Below, one piece after another: positions 9,110-17,945 of a DNA stretch of 64,000 nucleotides. The notes under the pieces are model-generated. The model made no database searches and was not told where the DNA came from. It saw only the letters and a list, made by a program, of their open reading frames with translations. This DNA comes from Candidatus Poribacteria bacterium (GTDB lineage: Bacteria > Poribacteria > WGA-4E > WGA-3G): NCBI GenBank assembly GCA_965205025.1, contig CBDBFU010000013.1:32001-96000 (forward strand), given 5' to 3'. The translations under genes were made by a program, and so were the position numbers. The first letter of the stretch is position 1. The number at the start of each line of letters is the position of its first letter.

Positions 9110-11377
9110 TTAAAAATTGAGTTTATACAGTAATTTCATATTTCGTCCGGGTTCCGGCATTGACGCTTTGATGCGGGACAGATGTTCACGATAAGTTGTA
9201 TCAAAGAGGTTTTCAATCTCAAAAACGATCATGTTCTCAAGCTGCAACCACGATAAATTGAGAAAACCACCAATATCATAGACGAGATAGCCGTCTGTCG
9301 GTTCCTCAAATTCGCCGAGTCGGGTCTGGCTGCCTGAAAAACGGGATGCAACATGCAAATGCAACGGTGTCGGCGTGTAACTGATGACGAATTTACCGTT
9401 GAGGGGTGGGATACGCTCCAGTGGTCGTCCACTGGTTTGAATAGTTCCGTGGATGTAACTCATATTCAACTGTAAATGGACCTGTGAGGCGACCTCACCA
9501 CCTATCTGAATTTCAGCTCCATCCATCACAACATCGTGTCCCATATATTGATAAATCCACAACCATCCGGCTGCCCCGCTGCCCCACTCCTTTTCACCAC
9601 TGTTCGTCGGAATGAGGTAGTTCTGTATCTGATTCCTGAAAAGTGCCAGATTGAGTCTGAACCTGTCATTAGTGTATTTGACAAAGAGTTCAGTGCCATA
9701 TCCATTCTCAGATTCCAGGTCTGCATTGCCGATTTCGTAGGAAAAGACAGCCAAGTGGGGGCCATCGCTGAAAAGTTCCTCAATACCGGGTGCGCGAAAC
9801 GTTTTCATGAGGGTCGCTCCAGTGCTCAACCCATCCGTCCAATGGTAAATTCCAGAGGCGGCACCGGAAACACCGCCGAAATCACGGCGTTTGACGGCTC
9901 CAGCTCGGACAACTGCACCGGGTCTAAACGGTTCGGCCCGTCTAACGTCGTAGCGGATAGCTCCTTGTAAAGTGAGGTTGTCAAAGTTACGCTGGTTTAG
10001 AAAAAATCCTGCCAACGCTAATTCACGGGTATGTGGTGTCCAGTAAAACCCGCCTGTGGCATGGTCTCTGTACTCACCCCAAATACCCGCAACGGCATTG
10101 TCAAACACGTGAGCCATTGCTGAGACATTGTAGGTTAGCACCCCGAATTCCACACCAAGTGTCCCGTTTGACTCCAGCTCTTGATGCTCATAACGCGTAT
10201 AGGCGCCCTGGAGTTTTACCTTTTCAAGCATTGTTGTATTGAATCGGTATTCCATCTGTCCTTCATAGCGTTGCTTGTCAAGTGAAATGTTAACTCCGCT
10301 GATATGTCCTTCTGGAGAACCAGGAACGCCGTAATCTGAACGATAACTGCTTCCAGATGTACCGATGTAGCCCCACGGCTTAATCATGGAGGCACCGCCT
10401 GAAAAATTGACGTTTGAAAGGGCAGTGTTTTCAAGGACACCCACCGGCGTTTGTATGTCGGATGCGCGACGCCGATTCCATTCTACATTCCCCGCAAAAT
10501 CACCAATGGGGATAGTAAAACCTGTCGTTCCAGTTAATCCTGAGTTTACAGATTCAGCCTGGAACGTTAGATGTGTATCAAGCCGTCTCGGTAGAATTTG
10601 AGGGATGTGATTGCTTTTGACGTTGATAACGCCACCCAGGGTACTTGAACCGTAAATGAGCGATGCGGGACCTCGTGTAATTTCAACGCCCTCAGCAGTC
10701 GTCGGATCAATGGATACGGCGTGGTCGGCACTGGAGGCGGATTTATCGCCTGTCCGTTCGCCGTTTTCCAAAATGAGTAGCCTGTCACCACCCAATCCAC
10801 GAATAACTGGACGGGCGATCGCACGTCCCATCGTCCGTTGTGAAACACCGATCTCATTTGCCAATGTGTTCGCCAAGGTCATGCCTAACCGTCTTTGGAG
10901 ATCTACCTCATCCAATGCTAAATCGGTTGTTTCCTCAAACTGTGAAAGAGTTCTATTTGAACCGAATACCCTGATGGTTTGCAGTTGAAACAACAGTGTC
11001 TCCAGTTCAATCTTGAGATAAGGCGTTGAGACATTGACATTAACGACCCGTTCAAACTGCTGATAACCAACCTTCATGAATTGAAGCGTCTGCTGTCCTT
11101 CCGGCACTGCGTCAAACTTAAACTGACCATTCACATCGGTTCTTACGTTCCTCTTAAGTCCTTTAATACGGACCGTAACCCCATCAAGTCGAGTACTGCT
11201 TTGTGTTTCAATGACCTCGCCTTCCAGGCACCGCCTTGTGTCCGGAGCACTTTGGACATCTTTGAGATAGCAGAACAGGCATCCTACTATTCCAAATACG
11301 AACACGAATAGGTGAGGACACGTTCTAAGCGTCCTCACCGTGGGAGACCTGTGCGAACAAGCACAAGTGCGTAACAT
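9110..11377 (-). CDS. TonB-dependent receptor, probably a zinc/metal importer (ZnuD-like)
   Basis: N-terminal carboxypeptidase-regulatory-like domain, plug RPVIRGL...RGPASLIYGS, EELFSDGPH, NLFD..Y..HLSR and terminal Phe. Confidence 0.88.
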   Translation of the reverse strand: MLRTCACSHRSPTVRTLRTCPHLFVFVFGIVGCLFCYLKDVQSAPDTRRCLEGEVIETQSSTRLDGVTVRIKGLKRNVRTDVNGQFKFDAVPEGQQTLQFMKVGYQQFERVVNVNVSTPYLKIELETLLFQLQTIRVFGSNRTLSQFEETTDLALDEVDLQRRLGMTLANTLANEIGVSQRTMGRAIARPVIRGLGGDRLLILENGERTGDKSASSADHAVSIDPTTAEGVEITRGPASLIYGSSTLGGVINVKSNHIPQILPRRLDTHLTFQAESVNSGLTGTTGFTIPIGDFAGNVEWNRRRASDIQTPVGVLENTALSNVNFSGGASMIKPWGYIGTSGSSYRSDYGVPGSPEGHISGVNISLDKQRYEGQMEYRFNTTMLEKVKLQGAYTRYEHQELESNGTLGVEFGVLTYNVSAMAHVFDNAVAGIWGEYRDHATGGFYWTPHTRELALAGFFLNQRNFDNLTLQGAIRYDVRRAEPFRPGAVVRAGAVKRRDFGGVSGAASGIYHWTDGLSTGATLMKTFRAPGIEELFSDGPHLAVFSYEIGNADLESENGYGTELFVKYTNDRFRLNLALFRNQIQNYLIPTNSGEKEWGSGAAGWLWIYQYMGHDVVMDGAEIQIGGEVASQVHLQLNMSYIHGTIQTSGRPLERIPPLNGKFVISYTPTPLHLHVASRFSGSQTRLGEFEEPTDGYLVYDIGGFLNLSWLQLENMIVFEIENLFDTTYREHLSRIKASMPEPGRNMKLLYKLNF

Positions 11378-11387
11378 GATGTCCCCC

Positions 11388-12029
11388 TTATTCTACTGTT
11401 ACCGGTATCAGAAGTGCCGCTGTGAAGTCCGGATGATCTCCGTGAAGAAGTTGCAGTTTAATTTCCGTTTTTCCTGCTTTCAGTCCCTCGAGTCCAAACG
11501 GTAACGCGTCAGCGTGGTCTTCACCATCATGGTCGTCATCTTCTTCACCTTCATGGTCTTCTTCACCTTCATGGTCATGTTCATCCAGATGGATCTTAAT
11601 AATAGTGGCATCGTAACCCGTCAGACCCAAACTGAAGGATTCCAACCCATCATGGTCATGGTCATCTTCACCTGCATGGTCATCTTCACCTGGCGGGGGT
11701 GCTACTTCAGCGAGACTGAGTTCGTTTTCATCCGCGTCAAGAAAATGTACATGTACCTCAATTTCTTCACCAACGGGAACGGTGAGACCGCCTTCATGGT
11801 GGCCTTGATGTTGATGATAGACCACTTTTCCATCGACTTCCAGGTTAAAGCCGTCGGCATCGGCGTGAAGGGGTGCATCCATGTGGTCGTCGTCGTGATC
11901 ATGATCATCATCATGGATAGGGTTGTCTTCACCACAACCTCCCATGAAGGGAAGTACAGCAATAAGGGTTATTAACATTACTCGTGAAATGATGTCAGAA
12001 AAATCGCGTTCAAATAAATTTGTAAACAT
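11388..12029 (-). CDS. His/Asp-rich putative lipoprotein (metal binding)
   Basis: GGAG RBS before the ATG at 12029; hydrophobic segment and MGGC lipobox; several HDDDHDH/HEGEEDH tracts; LLHGDHPDF. Confidence 0.75.
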   Translation of the reverse strand: MFTNLFERDFSDIISRVMLITLIAVLPFMGGCGEDNPIHDDDHDHDDDHMDAPLHADADGFNLEVDGKVVYHQHQGHHEGGLTVPVGEEIEVHVHFLDADENELSLAEVAPPPGEDDHAGEDDHDHDGLESFSLGLTGYDATIIKIHLDEHDHEGEEDHEGEEDDDHDGEDHADALPFGLEGLKAGKTEIKLQLLHGDHPDFTAALLIPVTVE

Positions 12030-12064
12030 TGTATTCTCCAATTTTGTTTTACAGCACAAATAAG

Positions 12065-12129
12065 TGCTAATAAGATTTGAGTTTACTTGCTAATAAGATT
12101 TGAGTTTACTTGCTAATAAGATATGAGTT
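12065..12129. repeat. 23-bp tandem repeat, about 2.8 copies
   Basis: TGCTAATAAGATTTGAGTTTACT at 12065 and 12088; third partial copy at 12111. Confidence 0.9.
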
Positions 12130-12294
12130 GCAGAAGATAAATATAATAGCGTACAAAACTATGTAAAACACTATACCCATTGTTATGTTCACAATGGTAA
12201 TTGTAGATGTTTCTACCCTCTAATAGAATGATATAGAATTAAATGATAGAGTGATGCAGAATTAAATGCTATTTTAACAATGGAAATTATAGAA

Positions 12295-12654
12295 TTAGAT
12301 TGAATTGGAAAATGTAGGAGGGGCGCGACTCTGGATGGTTGTTATAGGACTGGCAGTCCAAATATAAACTTCTTTTAGGGGAAGTGTTCTACGGTGAATC
12401 GTAGGGGATATGATTACATTTGGTTGGATTCCAACTTGGATATGTATGTTGATAAATACACACGCAGCACAACCTTCTTCTGTATGTGACTGTTCTGAAC
12501 GTTCATTTTCATTTTCATGACATGGTAAATGTTCATAACATGAAACCTGTCCATAACATGCATCATGCAGCAGTGGTGCGAAACTGAGTGTCACTACATA
12601 ACAGATTATAGCACTCAAAATTAGTAATTTTGTATTGAAATTGTGCTTTTTCAA
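12295..12654 (-). CDS. DUF2946-like small protein
   Basis: N-terminal TM segment, His-rich stretch, CAAC and C-terminal SRAPP, the pattern typical upstream of metal TonB receptors. Confidence 0.7.
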   Translation of the reverse strand: MKKHNFNTKLLILSAIICYVVTLSFAPLLHDACYGQVSCYEHLPCHENENERSEQSHTEEGCAACVFINIHIQVGIQPNVIISPTIHRRTLPLKEVYIWTASPITTIQSRAPPTFSNSI

Positions 12655-12738
12655 GAATCCAAACCTATATGCTTACTGCGTATTTTGTGTAATAGTATAA
12701 TGTACACAGTTTACGAATGCAAATATTTTTTGTGACAA

Positions 12739-13040
12739 TTAGGACTTATGAGTCCCGTAGGAACGAAATGTCTATTGAAAATGTGTATATCTAATATCTT
12801 GAGTCCAGGGGAATGCCTTATGGCATTCATACCGTTGATTCGCCGAACCTTAGGCGTCAATTTAGTGAGATTGGTATATTTTTATGCTTGTTTGAGTTGT
12901 CTGAATCACAGATTACACGGATTACGCAGAATACACGGAAAAGAGAGGTTATTATCAGTAAGATTTTCTTTCAATTAAGATACTAAGGTAGGGGAATCAA
13001 GGAATCAACGTTATGAACGCCTTATTATCAAACTCACGTT
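12739..13040. repeat. Cluster of dispersed repeat/MITE remnants
   Basis: GAATGCCTTATGGCATTC hairpin (12811-12828), TAGGCGTCAATTTA (12851), TCTGAATCACAGATTACACGGATTACG (about 12900), TTATCAAACTCACGTT (13025-13040); each recurs elsewhere in the window. Confidence 0.7.
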
Positions 13041-13776
13041 AAATAAGTAAAATTGGTATTATATAGAACTAAGGACAATAATTATGTAAATTTACTGTTT
13101 TTTAGTTGTTCACATTTGTTATATTTATATTATCAATATGTTGAAATAGTTACACTTTTTGTCACATGGTGTGACATTTGGAAAACCTTTATCCCGTCAG
13201 TACTACACTAAGTTTACAGCCACTTTTTTAAGGTAACAAGAATTTGCAATAATTATGAAATATGTGTCTTTTACTTTTCTTTTAATCCACTGATTTGGAG
13301 TCGTCTGAATTGGAATTATCCTAACCATCCCTACAAAGAGAATTATATCTGTATAGACGATTCGTATTAATGAGATACACTGTAGTTTTTTGATGTATAT
13401 GATAGAGTGTATTGTTTGAAACAGGTCTATTTTCAAGTTTTTTGATAAAAGTCCATTGTAGCGTAAACTTTCCAGTTTGCGCACAAAGACCACCAACTGG
13501 AAAGTTTGTGGTATAAGAACAGTAAGGTATGCCTTCCAAGAAAGGACATGTTTTGAACTGATGCCATTTATTATCAAACTGGCGTTATGAATAAGGATCT
13601 TCTAACTCCCAAACTTTCGTGCCAGGTGTTAGTTTTAGTTTACAATTATTGAACGATATAGTATTGTACCATTTTATTTTCATTTTGACAAATGATTAAT
13701 TTATTTTATATTATTGTGATATATGTAGGTTAGATGTTTATGTTTTCTTCAATTTATATTAAGTCTTTTTGCTTTC

Positions 13777-13805
13777 TTGACGATATACCCCTCCTATGTT
13801 ATAAT
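13777..13805 (+). promoter_or_regulatory. Putative sigma70 promoter upstream of the R-M gene
   Basis: TTGACG-17 bp-TATAAT with extended -10 TG. Confidence 0.55.
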
Positions 13806-13841
13806 CCTCTTACCCAATCCAGATATACGCTGAGGGGATAT

Positions 13842-13940
13842 ATGTCAGAAACAGAACAATTATACCTTCCTTTAGAAACCGAAAGTAGCCATACTGATAA
13901 CGGTTTTTACGATTCACTAAATTTCATCTCGGATTATTAA
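13842..13940 (+). CDS. Putative 32-aa leader ORF (MSETEQLYLPLE...) or gene remnant
   Basis: GAGGGG RBS, then ATG, just downstream of the promoter. Confidence 0.3.
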   Translation: MSETEQLYLPLETESSHTDNGFYDSLNFISDY

Positions 13941-13984
13941 CTCCTATAACCATCAGAAACAAGATAACACTTAATGGAAAACTT

Positions 13985-16900
13985 ATGGAAACACTAAATC
14001 TTAAACCCACACATAAGTCAATAATAGACTACTACAAGGCATTGGAACAATATGACCAGCATGACTTCACACATGAAGGTGCAGTGAGTAATCCTTTTGC
14101 AATCTTACTTGACATCTGTGCAAAAAAAGTGAATGCCACCTTTGTTCCACAATATCGAATGCGTACCGCAGCAGGAAACAATATCTTCATTGATGGCGCG
14201 GTTATAGACGAATATGGACTCCCGATCGTTTACTGGGAAGCGAAGGATATTGATGACGATCTCACGACAGCAATTCAGGAGAAACGTGAAAACGGTTATC
14301 CATTTAATAATATCCTATTTCAAACCCCTGATCGCGCCATATTGTTTCAGGACGAGCAAGAAGTACTAAACATAGATATCACAGATTCCAAAAATCTTAT
14401 TGAGACACTTCAACGTCTCTTTTCATATTCAGATACTACTTTCAGCGATTGGAACGAAGCAGTTGATAAATTCAGTAATCGGATTCCAGCACTTGCTGAC
14501 AAGTTGAAAGAACTTATTTCGGAACAGAAACAAACAAATGCAGCGTACAAAACAGCATTTACTACTTTCTACCAAGCTTGCCGCAACTCAATTGACCCGA
14601 ATCTTTCGCAAGATACTGTTGAAGAAATGCTCATCCAGCATATCCTCACCGAACGTATTTTCCTCAAGGTTTTTGAAAGATCGGATTTCACAGACCGAAA
14701 TATAATTGCTCGTGAGATTGAAAAGGTCAGTGCAGTATTGATGCAGCGCTCAATGAGTCGAGATGAGTTTCTCAAACCCTTGAACCCGTTCTACGTTGCC
14801 ATTGAGAAGGCGGCAACAGTTTGTAAAGACTTCTCAGAAAAACAACACTTCCTCAATACCGTTTATGAGAAATTTTTTCAGGAGTATTGTGATAAAGTCG
14901 CAGATACACACGGAATCGTTTACACACCGCAACCGATCGTAGATTTTATGGTAAACAGCGTTGAATACCTTTTGCAAAACGAGTTTAACCGTTCGCTCTC
15001 GGACTACAATGTTCATATCATTGATCCGTTCGTTGGTACAGGCAATTTTATTGTTCGAATTATGCAGGACATACGGAAGACAGCATTAGAGGAAAAGTAT
15101 CAGCACGAATTGCATTGCAACGAAGTACTGTTATTGCCTTATTACATCGCCAATCTAAACATTCAACAAGAATATTTTTATCTCACAGGAACATCTCTAC
15201 CGTTTGAAGGGATAGCTTTCGCTGATACCTTTGAATTGTATGATAAAACTCAGATGGATCTTTTTACTGAAGAAAACACGAAACGGGTTGAACAGCAAAA
15301 AGAAAATGACATGTTTGTTGTTATTGGCAATCCACCCTATAATGCGGGGCAAGACGATGAAAACCAGAATAACAAAAACCGTCAATACCCACCGCTTGAT
15401 AAACAGATTCAAAATACATATTCAAAAGATTCCAAAGCACAACTCAATAATAAATTGTATGACCATTATGTCAGAGCGTTTTTCTGGGCATCAGATCGAA
15501 TTGGGGAATCTGGTATCGTGGCTTTTGTAACAAACAATAGTTTTATTACTGAACGGACTTTTGATGGAATGCGTAAACATCTGGGTGAAGGATTTAATGC
15601 AGTTTATGTGTGTAATTTAGGTGGAGACATCCGTAAAGGGCAACCTGTAGACTCTAATGTGTTCGGCATTACTGTCGGAGTAAGTATCTCCCTGCTTGTG
15701 AAAACAGGTGAACCTATTGACACTCCATGTATTTATTTCAACAATGAAACAGAGATACAGAGCAAGGCTCAGACCTTTGATTTCCTTAACAGACATCAAA
15801 ATGTAGGTAATGTTTCATGGCAACAGATTCAACCCGATGCAGGAAACAAATGGCTGACTGAAGGACTTCAAGAAGATTTTTTCGATCTTATTCCTTTGGG
15901 AACAAAAAAGGTAAAAGAAAATGAAAAGATTACTGTAGAAACTGCAGAAGGTGTAATTTTCAAAGACTTTAGTCTTGGTGTGTCAACTAATCGAGATTAT
16001 TGGGTTTACAACTTCAATCAAGACTCACTTTGTGATAACGTACAGCGAATGATAGATAATTACAACGTAGAAGTGGATCGCTATAATCGCCAAAGACCAC
16101 CAAAACCTAAAGTTAATGACTTTGTTATAAACGATGCTACGAAAATAAAATGGAGTCGTGACTTAAAGAAAAAGTTAAAACGAGGTGTAAGTACTGAATA
16201 TGTTCCTCATAAAATAAGGAACTCTCTATATCGTCCCTTCACTAAAACAACCTTGTTTTTTGACAAAATTCTGATAGACAGTCCGGGACAGTTTCCTTCT
16301 ATATTTCCCACTTCAGAAGTAGAAAACGAAAATCAAGTGATTTGTGTTGGCGGTTATGGAAGGAAAGAATTTGCCGTTATGATGAGCAAGTTGATTCCTA
16401 ACTTAAATCTCTATGGTGACCCACAGCAATCCTTCCCTTTCTACACCTACGATGAAGATGGGGCAAAACGCTGTGAAAATATCACCGACTGGGCATTAGC
16501 AGAATTTCAAAACCAGTACGACGATGACGGTATAACAAAATGGGATATCTTCCACTATATCTATGGGCTACTTCATCACAAGAGATATCGTGAAAAGTAT
16601 ACAGAGGACCTTAAAGATAATCTTCCTCATATCCCTTTTGCCGATGACTTTTGGGAATGCTCAAATGCTGGAAGAGAGTTGGCGTACCTCCATGTCAACT
16701 ATGAGTCCGTTCCAAAATACGAAGGATTGACGCTCAAGGAAAACCCCGACATCCCACTAAACTGGGGTGTTGAGAAAATGAAATTGTCTGAAGAAAAAAG
16801 ACAGATCCAATATAATGATTTCCTAACGATTGAAAATATACCTGCTGAGGCGTTTGATTATAAGCTGGGAGGTTGGTCCGCATTAAAGTGGATAGAGAAT

Positions 16901-17086
16901 CAATACCAAATTAAGGTGGATAAGGACACAAGAAATCGTAAAGGAAGTTATATCGTAAGGAATCCAAATAGGGAGGATGAACCGCAATACATTGTAGACT
17001 TAATCGCACGTGTTATTACCGTCAGTCTTGAGACGGTAAAGTTAATTAACGATTTACCCGCATTATATCCTGAAGGAGAAAACTAA
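13985..17086 (+). CDS. Single-chain restriction-modification enzyme (type IIG / helicase-less type ISP-like; N6-adenine MTase)
   Basis: N-terminal IDG...WEAKD PD-(D/E)xK-like motif; HGIVYTP, DPFVGTG, GNPPY; LlaBIII-like C-terminus (YRPF, IFHYIYGLLH..YR, ARVITVSLET); no helicase motifs. Confidence 0.88.
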   Translation: METLNLKPTHKSIIDYYKALEQYDQHDFTHEGAVSNPFAILLDICAKKVNATFVPQYRMRTAAGNNIFIDGAVIDEYGLPIVYWEAKDIDDDLTTAIQEKRENGYPFNNILFQTPDRAILFQDEQEVLNIDITDSKNLIETLQRLFSYSDTTFSDWNEAVDKFSNRIPALADKLKELISEQKQTNAAYKTAFTTFYQACRNSIDPNLSQDTVEEMLIQHILTERIFLKVFERSDFTDRNIIAREIEKVSAVLMQRSMSRDEFLKPLNPFYVAIEKAATVCKDFSEKQHFLNTVYEKFFQEYCDKVADTHGIVYTPQPIVDFMVNSVEYLLQNEFNRSLSDYNVHIIDPFVGTGNFIVRIMQDIRKTALEEKYQHELHCNEVLLLPYYIANLNIQQEYFYLTGTSLPFEGIAFADTFELYDKTQMDLFTEENTKRVEQQKENDMFVVIGNPPYNAGQDDENQNNKNRQYPPLDKQIQNTYSKDSKAQLNNKLYDHYVRAFFWASDRIGESGIVAFVTNNSFITERTFDGMRKHLGEGFNAVYVCNLGGDIRKGQPVDSNVFGITVGVSISLLVKTGEPIDTPCIYFNNETEIQSKAQTFDFLNRHQNVGNVSWQQIQPDAGNKWLTEGLQEDFFDLIPLGTKKVKENEKITVETAEGVIFKDFSLGVSTNRDYWVYNFNQDSLCDNVQRMIDNYNVEVDRYNRQRPPKPKVNDFVINDATKIKWSRDLKKKLKRGVSTEYVPHKIRNSLYRPFTKTTLFFDKILIDSPGQFPSIFPTSEVENENQVICVGGYGRKEFAVMMSKLIPNLNLYGDPQQSFPFYTYDEDGAKRCENITDWALAEFQNQYDDDGITKWDIFHYIYGLLHHKRYREKYTEDLKDNLPHIPFADDFWECSNAGRELAYLHVNYESVPKYEGLTLKENPDIPLNWGVEKMKLSEEKRQIQYNDFLTIENIPAEAFDYKLGGWSALKWIENQYQIKVDKDTRNRKGSYIVRNPNREDEPQYIVDLIARVITVSLETVKLINDLPALYPEGEN

Positions 17087-17484
17087 TTAACACTTGAACA
17101 TACTGCCAGCTATAAGGAGAACAACTGTGAACCTAAACGAAGTGAATCTTGGTGATAAAGGCACAATAAGCGATATAGCAATAAAACTCCGGGATATTTT
17201 CAAAAATTTCAAAGGATAACTTGGATTATTAAAGACTGGTAGACGAACACTTAGGGTGAATGACGCGATTACAGCTATTGTGTTTCTCTTGAATACCTAA
17301 TTAATGTAGAAGAGTAAATTATCCCACCAGTAACGAATCCACCTGTATCATCCCTTACCTACTAAGGGGTACTCTATTTACAAGTTTTTAATTATCAAAC
17401 TCACGTTTATGTAGACTTGATAGTTATGTATCTGCACCTTTTTTAAATCATTAAAACAGGCAGATTTAATCAAAAATACTTAAC

Positions 17485-17677
17485 TACGTGAGTTTGATAA
17501 TTAACAAGATGTGCGCAAATTAAACAGAGAACAGGCATATTTGCTGAAAAAATCGTCATTTTGGTGTTTTTAACCCCTAAAGAATCAACGGTATGAATGC
17601 CTTATGGCATTCCCCGCCCTTATCAGGGGACTTTAAGAGGAAATGTGGAAGACCTAACTATTTATCAAACTCACGTT
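17485..17677. mobile_element. MITE-like non-autonomous element with ACGTGAGTTTGATAA / TTATCAAACTCACGT termini
   Basis: Inverted termini at 17486-17500 and 17662-17676; extra terminus at 17392-17407; internal GAATGCC-TTAT-GGCATTC hairpin; near-identical inverted copy at 27649-27797. Confidence 0.7.
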
Positions 17678-17678
17678 A

Positions 17679-17945
17679 ACTGGTATATTGAATTCTAAAC
17701 TTATCTCTTTTGGTTAAAGTATAAAGGTGAATTGCAAGGGACAAATTATCAAATAGATAAACAACCTTTATTACCAATACTCCTAATTTCACCACATACT
17801 GAAGAACAGATGATCAGATACTTGATGCTAAACAAGCCGCCCCGATGTGGACACTTCCGACCTTGAAAATGAGATTGATAAGCTGGTGTGCGAATTGTAT
17901 AATTTAACGGTAGATGAGATTGCGATTTTGGAAGGAAAAGAATGA
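17679..17945 (+). pseudogene. Remnant C-terminus of a type IIG (Eco57I/TaqI_C-like) R-M enzyme
   Basis: Manual translation across frameshifts gives GILNSKLISFWLKYKGELQGTNYQIDKQPL...DTSDLENEIDKLVCELYNLTVDEIAILEGKE*; the stop overlaps the ATG of the TIR gene. Confidence 0.75.

Noticed and set aside
12065-12129. Possible CRISPR array
   Set aside because: Repeats are directly adjacent with no spacers, and no cas genes are in the window
13203-13577. ORFs 13203-13577 and 13321-13539 as genes
   Set aside because: No recognisable motifs; two overlapping frames in AT-rich DNA; may be decayed sequence
17128-17300. Short RBS-preceded ORF after the R-M gene
   Set aside because: About 30 codons then a stop, no recognisable family; too weak to call
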